Assembly (NCBI GenBank): GCA_028534125.1
Contig: CM052816.1
Coordinates: 58,096,001 to 58,160,000, forward strand
From: Lama glama
Lineage: Eukaryota
Direction: 5' to 3'
DNA: 64,000 bases
Shown: piece by piece, positions 1 through 13,285 of the stretch
Layout: the number at the start of each line of letters is the position of its first letter
How positions within the stretch are numbered: the stretch's first letter is position 1
Made by a program: the position numbers and the translations under genes
Notes under the pieces: generated by a model
The model's input: the letters and a program-made list of their open reading frames with translations, nothing else
The model's database searches: none
What the model was told of the DNA's origin: nothing

Positions 1-34
1 GTCTCTGTTCTGTAGATGAGTTCATTGTGTAGAA

Positions 35-260
35 GACTGATTTTTAAATATGGAGTAATGTGGTCAGACTTTCATTCCAGAAAGATTACTCTGCTTGCAG
101 TGTGGAAAATGGATTTGATTGGGGGCAAGACCAGAGGCAGTGAGGACGTTAGAAGACTACTGCAACAAGCTAGGCAAAGATAATGATGGCCTAGAAAAGG
201 AAGTGGTGGTAGGGAGACTGAGAAGGGATCAAATGAAAGGGCAAGTAGGAAGGAAAGCTG
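35..260 (-). mobile_element. L2 LINE fragment (ORF2 region)
   Basis: Plus strand reads as antisense L2 (agaaagattactctgcttgcagtgtggaaaat...ttagaagactactgcaa...gataatgatggcct). Confidence 0.7.
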
Positions 261-311
261 AGGGTCAGTGATCATATGACACTGCAAAACACTGATTCAG
301 AAATATTTACT

Positions 312-1112
312 GAAATCAAAACTACAATGAGCTATCACCTCACACTGCTCAGAATGGCCACTATTAAAATTCCACAATGATAAATACTGGAAAGGTTGTG
401 GAAAAAGGGAACACTCCTACACTGTTGGTGGGAATATAATTTGGTGCAGCCACTATGGAATATAGTATGGTGAGATTCCTTAAAAAAATAGAATTATTAC
501 ATGACCCAGCAATCTCACTCCTGGGCTTATGTCTGGAGAAAACTCTAATTCAAAAAGATACATGCACCCCAATGTTCATAGCAGCACTATTTACAATAGT
601 CAAGACATAGAAGCAACCTAAATGTCCATTGACAGATGAGTGGATAAAGAAGTTGTAGTAAAAAGAAGAAGTCGTAGTGTATATATATACATACAATAGA
701 ATACTACCCAGCCACAAAAAAGAATGAAATATTGCCATTTACAGCAACATGGATGGGCCTAGAGATTATCATACTAAGTGAAGTAAGTCAGATGGAGAAA
801 GACAAATACCTGATATCACTTAAATGTGGAATCTAAAAAAAGTGACCTAAATGAACTTATTTACAAAACAGAAACAGACTCACAGGCATAGAAAACAAAT
901 TTATGGTTACCAAAGGGGAAAAGGTGGGGAGGGATGAATTAGGAGTTTGGGATTAGCAGATACACATTACTATATATAAAATAGATAAACAACAAGGTCT
1001 TACTGTATAGCACAGGGAACTATATTCAATATCCTGTAATAAACCATAGTTCTGCTGTACACCAGAAACTAATACAACATTATAAATCAACTATACTTAA
1101 ATAAAAATTGTT
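312..1112 (+). mobile_element. 5'-truncated L1 (ORF2 C-terminus + artiodactyl/laurasiatherian-type 3' UTR)
   Basis: Typical L1 3' sequence (gaaatcaaaactacaatgag..., gatacatgcaccccaatgttcatagcagcactatttacaatag, aaacagactcacaggcatagaaaacaa) ending in an A-rich tail. Degenerate TSD AAATATTTACTGA (301-313) / AAAAATTTATTGA (1114-1126). Confidence 0.95.
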
Positions 1113-1699
1113 TAAAAATTTATTGAGTGCTTATTGTATTCCAAGCAATAGTCAGCAAGACAGATTTGGTCCTTGCCTTTGTAATGTAGCTTACCTATGA
1201 TTGGTATCAGACCTGGAAGTTGTACCTAAGCATCTTAACTCTAGTTCCAAGTCTTGTATGCTTTCCACCAGATACAACAGCCCAGTCCTCCCCTCCATCA
1301 CATCACTCACTTTGTCTATTACAAAGTATAACTATCCTTGTATCTACCTTTTTGAGCTACCACAGTGGACAGATTCTTCCAGGCAGCACTTCCTGACTTA
1401 AAAACTTTATAAGAATCAGCTGAACCCTCATAAATTTCCTCGATTTGGCTCAAAGTTACATTCTCCAGGCGATGGCTGTTTTGAAAATCAATGTGCTTCC
1501 TTTTGAAATGGAGCTGGGCTCTTTGTCATAATGGCATTTTCTATTTGTTAGGCATTAGTACCTACTTTCTGGGATAGAGCAAGCCTAGGTTAGGTGAAAA
1601 TAGTTACCTCAAGCCATTTCAATCACCCTTGTCCAAAGCAAAGGATGTGGGAAGCCTGGCACCCTGAATTCATCTGGTTTGCTTTTAGTTTCTCCTCTA

Positions 1700-1890
1700 A
1701 CTACAGAACTGTAGAAGGCTGGAGCTGGAAGAAACTGCAGAAACCATTTAATCCAACCCACACATTCTAGAGAGAAAGAAATCAAGGCTCAGAGAAGTAG
1801 AGTGACTTGCAAAGTCCCACATCTACTTTGACATGGACCCAGGACTAGAATCCTGGATTCTCCAGTGCTCTTTCCTCTAACACCAAGCAT
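1700..1890 (-). mobile_element. MIR/MIR3 SINE
   Basis: Antisense MIR core (gaaatcaaggctcagagaagtagagtgacttgc...ggactagaatcc). Confidence 0.7.
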
Positions 1891-2767
1891 CCGTATCATA
1901 GCATTGAGATCCAGGGATCTATTCTTACTCGCTTTATATTTGGGAAAAAAAAACTTTAGCTTTTGCTGCAAAGGACCATTTCTAATTCAATTCCCTTTCT
2001 TTATTTGTGTCCTGTGATGGTTCTTCCCCATTGTGTCTGGCTGAAAGGAGGCCAGAAACTGTAATAGGTAAAGAAGAAAAAGTGGGTACTATTTGGGGTG
2101 ACCTCAAGAACTCAGGGAAGGCCTCCTCCTTCTCATCCGCTTTTAGGGGTCTAAAATTTCTACAAGACAAAACTTCATTATACACGGAGAGCTAAGGCCC
2201 ATGGTGCAAATACCACCGGGAAGGAAAATGTGATGCCTTCAGATGACGTGGAGTAACAGCAAATAACTGACAATGAACTCCTTTCTGAAGCACTTTTTGA
2301 TACTCAGAATGGAAGATAGTGCAAAAGGGCACTAGGATCCCTAAAAAGGATAGAGGGAAGTTCACAGTACTAGAAGAAAGGAATAGAAGGGGTGTGTATG
2401 TGTGTGCGTGCATGTGCACATGTGTATGCATGCAGGTGTTGTGGGGTAGAACCAGGAGCTTCCAAAGACAAACTTTGTCTACAATGACAACTCTACATCA
2501 CAGCCTGGTCCTGCCTTGACAGTATCTGTCAGTCTGAGGTGCCTGCACCCTAATCCTTGGCCTGCATGTCTGAACACTTCTATCCCAGATGCCAGCAACA
2601 AGGCATGTGTGGCAGGGGAACGTCGTCAAGTCTTCAAGTCAGTGAGCACCCAGCCAGCTGTGCACCAGAGCTGAATCCCCAGACTGACAGCAACTAAGCC
2701 TTGTGATTGGTTCCTTGTTATAGACGAGTTCCTTGTTGTGAAAATTCTCTGAGCAAGGACTTTTAGT

Positions 2768-2955
2768 ATGTACTCTGTATGATGCTGCAATGGTGGATAT
2801 ATGTCACTATACACTTGTCAAACCCATGAATGTGCACCACCAAGAGTGAGCCTTAATGTAATCTATGGACTTTGGGTGACTATGATGTGTCAGTGCAGGT
2901 TCCTCAATTGTCACAAATGGACCACTCTGGTGGAGGTTGTTGATAATGGAGGAAG

Positions 2956-2991
<36 letters not shown>

Positions 2992-3067
2992 GGGGAATCT
3001 CCATAACTTCTATTCAACTTTGTTGTAAACTTAAAACAGCTCTAAAAAATAATGTCTATTAAAAAAG
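2768..3067 (+). mobile_element. Old L1 (L1MC-like) 3' end containing a (TG)n microsatellite at ~2957-2989
   Basis: tactctgtatgatgctgcaatggtggatatatgtcactatac...ctatggactttgggtgactatgatgtgtcagtgcaggttc...ctctaaaaaataatgtctattaaaaa. Confidence 0.85.
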
Positions 3068-3184
3068 AATTCTCAGCTCACGGTGCCAGGTGGATGGGCT
3101 GGAATTCCTACAGGGGGTATGAAGCAGAGGTAGCAGGGCAGGGGGAATGAGGCTCCGATGGCAACCAAGGACTCTACCATCTCT

Positions 3185-3285
3185 TCGTCTCACTGTGTGG
3201 CCTTGACCTCCGTTTCCTCCATTGTAAAATGAGGAGCATAGGCTTGGCCCACAGCTGCATGCTGATTTTATGGTCTTCATTAAAG
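3185..3285 (+). mobile_element. MIR fragment
   Basis: tgtgtggccttgacctccgtttcctccattgtaaaatgagg (MIR core). Confidence 0.6.
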
Positions 3286-5008
3286 ATATTTTTCCAGTTG
3301 TGCCTTGGGGTAAAGGGATAACTAGGCACATAGAGAGGATCACATTTTCTCAAGTGAGACCCTCAGGGCTCCATATGGTTTTGCTGGCCAAGTCCAGAAG
3401 TATTGCCATGATCCGGCTAAGGTTTCGTCCTCATCCAAGGAGGCTTCTGAGCTCTGGGCTATATTCAGAGTAGGTGTTGGGACTGCTCACTGGGGGACAG
3501 AATCTCTTCTACACCTCTCACAACAAGCTGGCTTCTTACTCAGAAGGATCAGGATCTCCCTGGGAGGAGCTTCAGCCATCAGTCCAAGCCCAGGAACCCA
3601 ACAGCGGGATGGGTGTTGACATTCAGGCCAGAAGGTTATTTCTCCTAGGGCCTGTTTGGTTGTTCTTCCGTCCTTCCCTTCTCACGAGGCCTACCCAGGA
3701 TACCATCCCTGGGCCAGCGGGAGCACCAGAGATGTGTTATTTTCTTTTGCAGCTCCCGGCAGACAGTGAGTCCACCCGAAGCAGAATGTTATTTTTAACA
3801 TCAGCCGGCAGTTTCCAAGTCTCTCACCCTGGGACTGAGGCTTACACTCCATCCCCTCATCAGATTCCAGGGCTTCAGGGTCTTCAAACCAGCAGTGAGC
3901 TCCAGCCCTGCTGCCTGCTGGGTTGGGACTTCAGAACCACATCTCTCTACTCCCTTTAAATTCAGATTAAATGGAATTCAGATAAGCGTTAGCGCAAGTC
4001 TCACCTACCATGCCGGTTTGGTAGCAGCAGGAGTTAAAGAATTCTGGCAGCTTCTAAGTCTTTACTCAGCAAAAGCATTTGATATAATCAAGCAAGTTCT
4101 CAAGGTTTCCCTCCTGCTTATCTAGCAAAACACCAAACCCCAGCCCTCCATTCCAGACTGTAGGCAGGCTTGGATGTCTCCACCCTGAGTAGCTGCCTGC
4201 TGCCTCGCTACAGGGACAAATCCATCCATTTAGTGCCCCTTGTAATTGGAGGAGTCACTATTTCCCTCTCTCTCTTTCCATTCAACTCACTGCCCACATC
4301 TTTGTTTTCCTTCGAAGTGTTTTTGTACTGTCTTCTCTTCGGAGTTTTGCAACCTTCCCCCAACCCTCTCTGCAATGCCCAAAGCCGGTACCCATGGGCT
4401 GGTCCTGGGATATGTGAGTGATGTAGACTCGAGGAGTTCAAGTCAGACCTGAGTATTACAACCCCCAATACATGGTGCTTCCATCCTTCTGCGTTAGCCC
4501 TGGCGATGGTCTTGGCAGGGTGGGTACTAGGCCAATGACCGAGTCTTCAAATGAAGGGCTACTCAGGTTTTTTCCTCTCCCTTTGGGAGAATCTCCTGCA
4601 GAAGCAGGGAGCCAGGCTGAGGATAGGCTACACAATTTTTCCTGGGTCTTTTCTGGAAATCTGTTGGTGGTTGGATGCTGAAAAGGATCGAATTACATAT
4701 AAAAGAGCAACCGCATCCAAAATTAGGGGCAGTGGTTTGCTGTATACATAAAAGTGAGAAGAGCGATTCCACAGCAAGGAATCCCTTCCAGGGAGCTGAC
4801 TCGGCCCCAGCCTACTCCCAGTGCCTGCTCTGTGCTGGGAGCAGCTGGGGCCTGGGCCTTGCTGAGAGTGCTAAGCCCTTGGTGGTCTGGCCCAGGGCTT
4901 CCATTTGGTCACTTTCCTCCTAGTCTATTCTGTGTCATGGGAAAGACAAAGCCTGTGGCAAAAAGTCCAAGAGATGAAAATCCATTCAAAAAGGACTCCA
5001 TAAGTGCC

Positions 5009-5046
5009 TGTGTGTGTGTGTGTCGGTGTGTGTGTGTGTTGTGTGT
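5009..5046. repeat. Imperfect (TG)n microsatellite
   Basis: Direct reading. Confidence 0.9.
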
Positions 5047-6169
5047 TCTGTGCTTATGTATGCCTGATGGGGGATACTTCTAACACTGGTGGCTTTTATT
5101 TCAGGTAATGGAATGTAGCAAAAACATTCTCTCTGCTCTCTCCTCCTACACAGACACATTCATGAGTGGTCACTCATATGTATTCTCTGCAAAGGAAAGC
5201 ATTATTCTTTCTGCTGTGTGTCTATTCAATGAGGTCCTCCAGTGCCTCCAATTCAATATTTTAATTTTTTAAGATTCAGGAAAAGGCTCTGATATACCCT
5301 CCAGAGCACAAGAGGATACAGAGGAGCTGACAGCAGCTTCCTCCCCTCCGTGTCTGCTCCCTCAATAGCTTCCAAGGAGCCATGGACGAGAAGAGCACAA
5401 AGCAGTCTAGGGAGCTGAGAGATGGATGCAAAGTTCATTGCGGGGTCAGGCCTGGCAGGCTAAGCAGCCCAGGAAGGAGAGGCTGAGTTAAAACTCCAGG
5501 GTTAAGGTGGGCAGTGGCTGAGAGAAGGATAGCTGTGGCTGTCACATCTCAGGAGAAAGGCCTGTAGGTGGGACATGTCTTCAGAAATGGTTCTCTGTGT
5601 TACCATCATCCACTCTCTGCTCCTACAAGACATTATGAATCTCCCTTCCCCGCTCTGCCAGAGTGCGGCAAAATGGCTGTCAGGAAATCAGTCATTTCCA
5701 ACCTAGTAAAAATTTAAGCCAATGTATTCTGTCTCCCAGGGTCACTTGCATTGTAAGCCTTTGCTCTGATTGCAAAATAAAAGCCATTTTCACTTTTAAA
5801 AGGACTGATACACATCAGCCCACTTATAGGAGAGAAATTTCAAGGGCAGGAGTACCTTCTGGACTTTGGAAATTTAGTTCCTTCCAACCCCAGTCCTGCT
5901 CTGGAGAAGAGTAGTAGGCTGTTTCCAAGGTTTGATGTATCAAGTTGGAAACCTCTCCTCCACTTGCCTTCAACAATATCTGAAATGTTCACTAATTGTC
6001 TCTTAAAGTTCAAGCACTTCCCTGCAAAGCCATGTTTCCTCAACTGTTACCTAGGACAGGGCCATACAGTGATGGAATAATCATATTCATTTCCACATCA
6101 TAGTTACATCTCAGACCTGGACATGACACAGAACGGTTCAGTTTGACGCCCAGAAATGGAAAGAAGCTC

Positions 6170-6375
6170 TATGTGGTAGAAAGAGGCCTAAATTTAAAGT
6201 CAGGACACCTGAGTCCTTTAATAGCTATGTAGTCTTGAACAAATAGCTTATCTTTTATATCCTCATCTGAAAAATAAAATGCCAGCTATTTTTCATGGGA
6301 TGGTTAGGAGAGTTAAATGAGACAATGTATGTGAAAGAAAGTTTAAAGTTGTAAGTCCTATAAAAATGTAAGTTT
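6170..6375 (+). mobile_element. MIR SINE
   Basis: gtggtagaaagaggcctaaatttaaagtcaggacacctgagt...cctcatctgaaaaat...gagttaaatgagacaatgtatgtgaaag. Confidence 0.75.
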
Positions 6376-6441
6376 TCGTAGTATTTGAATTTGTGAGAAA
6401 TAACTCCTTCCGTCTGCTGAGTCCCTCCAAGGCACTGGGCC

Positions 6442-6473
6442 TGCAATTCAGGTTCCTGCCACTAGAGGGACAG
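6442..6473 (+). promoter_or_regulatory. Candidate CTCF site (core + upstream U motif)
   Basis: Core CCACTAGAGGGACA at 6459-6472 matches the first 11 positions of CCASYAGRKGGCRS. TGCAATTC begins 17 bp before the CCAC. Confidence 0.55.
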
Positions 6474-8034
6474 TTGTCTGTCAGCCTGCAAAAAGCAAGC
6501 ATTGTATGCTTCCTTAGGCACTCCAAGCTGATGTCCAACAGCAGTTACCTAGAAGTTACTGTGTATGCTGAGACCACAGCCCCTTGGATAACAGCCCCTT
6601 CACAATAAGTGTAAACTTCATTTGCTTTATATCAGGACCTGGAACTAAGTCTGTACTTCTTTTTGGAGTCTTCCAGTCCCTGAAAGTAGTAAAGGAGCCC
6701 AAGAATAATTGTTTTTTAATAAGTCAAGCCATGGGCTCTGCCTGATGTCATTTTGATGAACTGAGTTTCCTCACAGCCTGAAAATGAGACTACTCATTCT
6801 ATCTTGCTCTTGGTTTCACAAAGCCAGACTTTTCTATCTTAGGTGAGCATGTAATAGATGAGACTTTCTTTAAACTTTATTGAGTGTAACCCAAATGGTC
6901 CAGTCTGCAGTGGTTAGTCCCAAACTGCAGCGTCACAGGTCACTTCATACTCCATCTACTCAGAAACATGTGCGTCTCATTTAGAAAACTTGTTAATGTG
7001 GTACAGGCTGTAAACCCTGAAACCCATCCCTCAGGGAATTTGGCTTTAATGGCAGAATGTGAAGAACAGGTTTCAAGCCAATCACTTGGATGTAGAATTC
7101 GTAAAACTTGAGGGTGGCCAGAGTCACCAGGTCAGAGCCCAACACAGAGATACATGCAGGAAGACTTCTGGCTTCTCCTGTCTCTGGCTGCGGCACTAGC
7201 CATGGGGACTAGATGACTCACTGACCTTTTACCCCACTCTCCATGTTCCTTCTTTACTTGGCCTCTGTGCTATACTGTCTCCAGAGAGTTGGGGGCAGGG
7301 GTGTCAGTTTTCCCATAGTCTCATTCATGCCTGAGTGCTGGAGACCGAAGCATTGGGCTTCTGAAGTCTAAGCAAAGGTTTGACTCATGTTAGAATGGCA
7401 ACCAGAGGTAAATCTCTTAAGACATGCCCTGTGGGTCAGGAGCTATGTGGAAAGCTGGGTTCTGTGGGGATGAGCCCCTAAGCTGGGAAGGTGCTACCAT
7501 GCTCCCAGATTTCAAATGCACATCAGTAGGGCATAGGTATGGACCCTTTTCAGAGAGGAAAACCGAGGAGTGCTTTGCTCCCAGTTCTTTTTGGAACAGA
7601 GAAGACCCCATATGGCTCCAGGCTGTGCATTGCTTCTTAAGGAACTCCTCAAGTCTCTCTCTATAAACTTTCATCCTTGAAGAATCAGATCGAGAGAGGA
7701 CATAGCGGTAAGGGAAGGCAAACAGTCCCTAGTATAGAAGCCGCAAAATACAGCCCAGCTGCTCCAGGGTCTGTCTTTCCTGCACAGGTAATCAGCACCA
7801 ACAACAGATGCTGAAAAAAAAAAGCACCAGAGCCACATTGTACCTTTGTATCTTGAAAAAGTCCTGGAACTAAGATGCTTAAAAGAATGTCACCAGTACT
7901 GAAGCATAAGTAAAAACAGAACCAGAGGCTGAGATATAAGAGCTTATAGGAGTTGGAGGGCAAAAGCAACAGAAATCATCTATTTATTTATTTATATATA
8001 AATACACGTATATATGTACTTCCTTGTTCCAAAC

Positions 8035-8215
8035 TGAATTGATTCACTTATTCATTCAAGTACTTACTGAGAACCTTCTATGTTCCAGACATTGTGAGCA
8101 AAACCAGACATAATTACTACCCCAGGGGAACTTACAGTCTATTAGGGGAACCAAATATTAACCAGAAATAGCCAAACAATTATGAACCGTGGTAAGTTCA
8201 ATGCAGGAAAAGCAG
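8035..8215 (-). mobile_element. L2 3' end
   Basis: ttattcattcaagtacttactgagaaccttctatgttccagacattgtg...gaacttacagtcta. Confidence 0.75.
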
Positions 8216-8385
8216 CAGTGTGCTGGCGTCAGAGCACACTGGCTGGAGAGAGTCGATTGTTAATTTTCAGGAATGTTATGAGCCAGTTGTTGAAGGCAGT
8301 CACTATTAAGAACTAAATTATACAAACTTATAATTAAATAACTTAGGTTAAAAACAAGACAATCAATATTTAAAACTCATCACTT
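8216..8385 (+). mobile_element. MER63-like hAT-Blackjack DNA transposon, cut by the assembly gap
   Basis: cagtgtgctgg terminus and gagagtcgattgttaattttcaggaatg...aaaactcatcactt match the MER63 consensus as I recall it. Confidence 0.8.
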
Positions 8386-8885
8386 NNNNNNNNNNNNNNN
8401 NNNNNNNNNNNNNNNNNNNNNNNNNNNNNNNNNNNNNNNNNNNNNNNNNNNNNNNNNNNNNNNNNNNNNNNNNNNNNNNNNNNNNNNNNNNNNNNNNNNN
8501 NNNNNNNNNNNNNNNNNNNNNNNNNNNNNNNNNNNNNNNNNNNNNNNNNNNNNNNNNNNNNNNNNNNNNNNNNNNNNNNNNNNNNNNNNNNNNNNNNNNN
8601 NNNNNNNNNNNNNNNNNNNNNNNNNNNNNNNNNNNNNNNNNNNNNNNNNNNNNNNNNNNNNNNNNNNNNNNNNNNNNNNNNNNNNNNNNNNNNNNNNNNN
8701 NNNNNNNNNNNNNNNNNNNNNNNNNNNNNNNNNNNNNNNNNNNNNNNNNNNNNNNNNNNNNNNNNNNNNNNNNNNNNNNNNNNNNNNNNNNNNNNNNNNN
8801 NNNNNNNNNNNNNNNNNNNNNNNNNNNNNNNNNNNNNNNNNNNNNNNNNNNNNNNNNNNNNNNNNNNNNNNNNNNNNNNNNNNNN
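8386..8885. other. Assembly gap (500 N)
   Basis: Run of N. Confidence 1.
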
Positions 8886-9330
8886 GGGACAGAGAGGACC
8901 CTGGAGTCAAAAGCGGCTTTAAAATCAATCCCAATTTTTCTCTCTCTCTTCTTTTTTCCTTCCTTTGTATTGCAAACAGATGGAGGGGGCAATTTCAGTA
9001 ATAAAGAACATTTCTCTCTGTAGTTCCACTTTTCTTCTGATCCATGGAAAAATTAGGTTCCTACCACACCCACTCACACAAGTATACACACACACACAGT
9101 TCCAATTAGATAACTGGCAGCTTAGAGGCAGTGCATTTGATGGAACACTCAGGGATCCCATCTTGTTTATGAAGGCTCAAGGGTAATGCAGGCCCGAGTC
9201 CCAAAAATCCTTTGAGTCTACCCAGGACCAGGGAGTCTGGGGTATGGGGGGTCCTCTTCCATATCTTAGGGAGGAATGTAAGGTTATCTAGGTAGACCTA
9301 TTATCCCCCTACACTAAGATGCCTTATAAA

Positions 9331-9469
9331 TAGAGTGATCATATATTATAGTTTATCATCCAAATCAGGACATCTATGAGAGGAGCTCTTAATAATTATA
9401 TTAAATATGGGATAACGACCATACACCAGGAGTGTCTGAGCAAACTAGGACTTTGACCAGTCACCTTCA
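9331..9469 (+). mobile_element. MER81-like hAT MITE
   Basis: Degenerate terminal inverted repeats tagagtgatc...agtcaccttca, with an internal tttatcatccaaatcaggacatc...gagcaaactaggac. Confidence 0.7.
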
Positions 9470-10489
9470 TATTTGTAAATATGTGCTTTACAAACAAGAA
9501 AATGTCTTCCTGAACCCTGTTCTCTCTAGAAGGCCCCACTGCTCCTAAAAATCGAGAAATTTGGAAAATTGGAAACTTTTGAAGACCATATAGTTCAGAA
9601 GTGAAGAAGAGAATGACATTATTGAAGGATTAGAAGCTAGATTTTCAAGAAGGACCACTGTATATATGATATTTTACACATGTGTATCTGAGCAATAAAT
9701 GAGTGTCTGTTTCCACACACCTTCATCAGCATGTGTCTTCTTAAATCTTTTAAGTCACTATCTCTCCAACGTTCTTTAGAACCAGTCATTCTTCTTATGT
9801 CTGGCCCCTCTTTCTGTTCACAGCCAAACTCTGTCTCCTCAAAAATTCCATGCTGACTTGATGAAGATAAATGCAGTGATTGTACATCACTCTGGCCTGT
9901 GTGTGAAGAAGGCGCCGGAGCAGCCATATGGGAGGAGCTGGCTTCTTCATATTATGTTATAAAACCATGTCAACATCTACTGCCCTCCTTTTTTGGAAAG
10001 TCTGGCCTCATACTTGGTAGTCTTTCTAAGCAAACATTAGCATCAGTGAATCACTTGCAATTTTTTTTTCCTTGAAGTATTGTTTTGAATCTTAACATAC
10101 AAGTCAACTTAGAGGAAAATGACATCTTTATGCTGTTAAGTCTTCCTGTTTTCTTATGCAAGAAATTGCTTTACCTTTGTTTTGTCTTCTTTTCTGTTAG
10201 TTTTTTTTTTTTAAATACAAATTCTTGGACAACAACTCTGGATAATCTGATTTAGTGTATTTGGAGCTGGGCCAGTGAAAAAAGCATCAGGGGTACAGGG
10301 AAAGAGCCCAAGGGCTCAAAAGACAAACTTAGCATAGTTGATTTCACATCATTAGGTTACAGATCATTTCACATCCTAGAATCTGCCTCCAATTCTGAAA
10401 TTGAGAGGCAAACATTTTTCATAAATTGCAGTGTTAATAATCATGGGTAAAACAGCCTTTCATATGTTGAACCAGAAACCTGACCAACA

Positions 10490-10700
10490 GCGTTGATGTA
10501 GGACACAAGTTAGAGATCTGGTTCTAATGCCCACAAGCTCCATGAACCTGAAAAGCTTGACTTAGTCTCTCTGTCTCTTTTCCCCCCACTATCGGTAGTG
10601 TAGACTAATAATACTTCCCACCCAAAATCGTTGTGAGGATCAAATGAAATCACATATCCTTCACACTTGAACACCTGAACAATATCAAAAAGCTATTAAA
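10490..10700 (+). mobile_element. MIR SINE
   Basis: gttagagatctggttctaat...gttgtgaggatcaaatgaaat. Confidence 0.65.
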
Positions 10701-11639
10701 CATGATTAAAAAGTGAGGTGTCATCATTATAATTTTTTTCTAACTGAAAATTATATTTTAAGCTACAAACATCTGACCTGCAGTTTTGGAAATTCAACAT
10801 GTCCTTGGATTTGAGATACTCATATAGACTGCAAGAATTCACACCTATGCTTCCCACATGCTTCAGGAAAGAAAACCCATCAAGGGGAAATTATCTTTAA
10901 GGATCAGCAAACAGAAGATGACTACCTGGGTGCATGGTGGTAACATCCTGGAAATCTCAGAGTAAGAGACTCTCAACTCTCAACTAACTATCATCAATAG
11001 CAATACACATGTAGGGTGTTTTTTTATTTAAATGAAAATCACTAGTGGGAAATTAAAGTTCAGATTCTTCCAAAATTGACACTTGTCCCTTCTCCCATTT
11101 ATTGAAAGGCTCAATATACGAACCCCAGCATTTGGCAATCCAAAGGTCTACATTTACATTCTGCCAGTTGCTAGCCATGTGAGCTCATCTCACAGTCTTC
11201 TGATGAGAAAAGTATCTACCTGCCCAACCAAGGACTCATCACAATGGTTAAAAATAAATGGGAAGTATATAAGGACCAAAGTAACAAAAAGTACCATTAG
11301 TAAAACTTCATGGCCAATAGGCTAACTTATGGAATAATTCTGTTGGGTGCCCTGGAAGCTAAAGAAAGAGTCAATAGTCTCTTTTATAGATTAGCCTCCT
11401 CCATGGAATCTCCTTTTAAAGGTGAAGAGGTATCCTCCTCTCCCATGTCCCTTCTGGACTCACCTCATAGGTTCCAAGACTATTTATGTCCTATTTGTAA
11501 AAGGTCCTTAAAGCTATTTTTCACAGTTCTTTCTCTGTTAATATTTGTCCTATCCTGCATTTTCTCCTCTCAAAAATATAAAATTCTATTTTATTTTCTC
11601 TTAAAAAGAATCACCTTCACAGCAGTAAGTTTGCTGACA

Positions 11640-11965
11640 TTTTTTGGAAGTCTTAACAATGTTTTATGAACAAAACCACAAAAGCATTCATACTCTTTGA
11701 GCTATTAATCCTAACTTAGGGAAAGGGTCCCAAAATAACATCTCAAAAGAAGAAAAAGAAAAAAACCTACACATAAAAAGATATTTATAGGAAAATATTG
11801 GGAAATGTCCAATGATAGGGTCAAATAAACTTTTGCTGATTTATAAGATAAAATATCATATAACTTTGCAGGAGAAAAGGGAAGACTTTGAGAAAACTTT
11901 TTTAAATAGTTTATGATCAGTGAAAAACAAGACTACAAAATAGTATTCATATTACGATTATAATC
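11640..11965 (+). mobile_element. Highly decayed L1M 3' region
   Basis: catactctttgagctattaatcctaactt..., aaatgtccaatgataggg, aaaacaagactacaaaatagtat. Confidence 0.55.
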
Positions 11966-12799
11966 TCATAGCAATTATGTTCATAAGTGGAAGTAATCAT
12001 ATTAAAAGAAGAGAACAGAGAGGGGAGAACGGGCCGGATTCCTGTGGAGCTGCTTTAATAATAGGCACCAAAAAGAAAGATGCTCTCATTGGCTCCCACC
12101 GAGCTACTCACTCTGCCTTCCAACCTTCCCAGAATATTGTAAGGAAAAGGGAGGATCTTGGATCAAATAACATTAGTACGTTTATTTGCTAAAGACCAAA
12201 TATGAGTTTCAGCTTCCCAATTGCCACTCTAACTACCCCAGCAGCCACTAGAAGAGGATCATTCTGTGGCTTCCCATAAACATTGCACACGTGGCAGTAA
12301 ATAAAGGAATTTTTATAATTTTGAAAAGTGGTGAATTGATTTCCCTAAAGCAGGACCCTTCCTCAGGCTTGAGAGAAGGGCTAGGGGTGGGGAAGTGTGG
12401 CATAGCCCTGTTTACATATTTAAAACATTTTTTTTACTAAAGTGACTTTAACACTGATTCCTAATTTTGGCAAACACAGGGACCCGAGTCACACCATGAA
12501 TCAAAAGCATAGACAGACTACACCAATTTGCTGGCACTCAAATATATATTTTTATGTTTAATATTTGCAAAAATTTATTTGTTGAGCCAGAAACCTAACT
12601 TTAAAAAAAATAAGTAAACTATTTTAAATTGGAACAAAACCTACTTAATAATAAAATAGGGCAGAAGCATTAAAATAGTCTATGGAAGTCAAGATAAATT
12701 AATCTATTCAAGTTTCTACAATCAAGTCATAATTTATTTTCTAAATACCTTAGATTCACATCTTTACTGTTACAGGTTCAGGGCTGGGACGTTGTACTT

Positions 12800-13005
12800 A
12801 CTGCCCAACTGGTAAAGATTTGTGTAAGAACTTTATGTGAATTAACTCATTTAATCATCCCAATAACCCTACAATGTAGGTAGGATATTATCCCCATACT
12901 ACAGATGTGTAAACAGAGGCCTGCGAAGGCCATACTAGAAAGTTGCTGAGCCAGGAGTCAAACCTGGGCTGTCTAACCCCGGAATGTGGATTCTAATCAC
13001 CACAC
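12800..13005 (-). mobile_element. MIR SINE
   Basis: attaactcatttaatcatcccaataaccctac...atccccatactacagatgtgtaaacagaggc. Confidence 0.8.
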
Positions 13006-13144
13006 AGAGAAGTCAACTGTGTCAAATCAGTGTTCTTAGCTTTGACTCCGTAGCACCTGGCCCAGGTCTCCAAAGAAGGGCTCCAAGAAAGGAGGGGTCA
13101 CTACCAGGCAGGAAACACGCAAGGTGAGGGGCCAAAAGAAACAC

Positions 13145-13285
13145 AGCTTGGCCATACTGAGTAATATATTTAAGCCTATTTGGGTCTCAGTTTTCTTGTT
13201 CTTAAGCAAAATGCTTGCCCACCTGGGCTCACAGTCTGCTTGTGAAGACAAGTTTTGTGAATGTGTTTACTAAATTGCAAACTCT
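13145..13285 (+). mobile_element. MIR fragment
   Basis: gggtctcagtttt...ttgtgaagacaag. Confidence 0.5.

Noticed and set aside
3474..3959. Longest gap-free ORF in the track (161 aa)
   Set aside because: Non-ATG start, no recognisable domain and no convincing splice structure. Consistent with chance.
7791..7811. REST/RE1-like ATCAGCACCAACAACAG
   Set aside because: The right half lacks the critical GG of GGACAG.
8363..8992. Long ORFs across gaps (also near 23.2 kb and 54.6 kb)
   Set aside because: Artifacts of translating N runs.
9637..9927. 96-aa ATG-initiated minus-strand ORF (MAAPAP...)
   Set aside because: No recognisable homology, promoter or retrocopy hallmarks.
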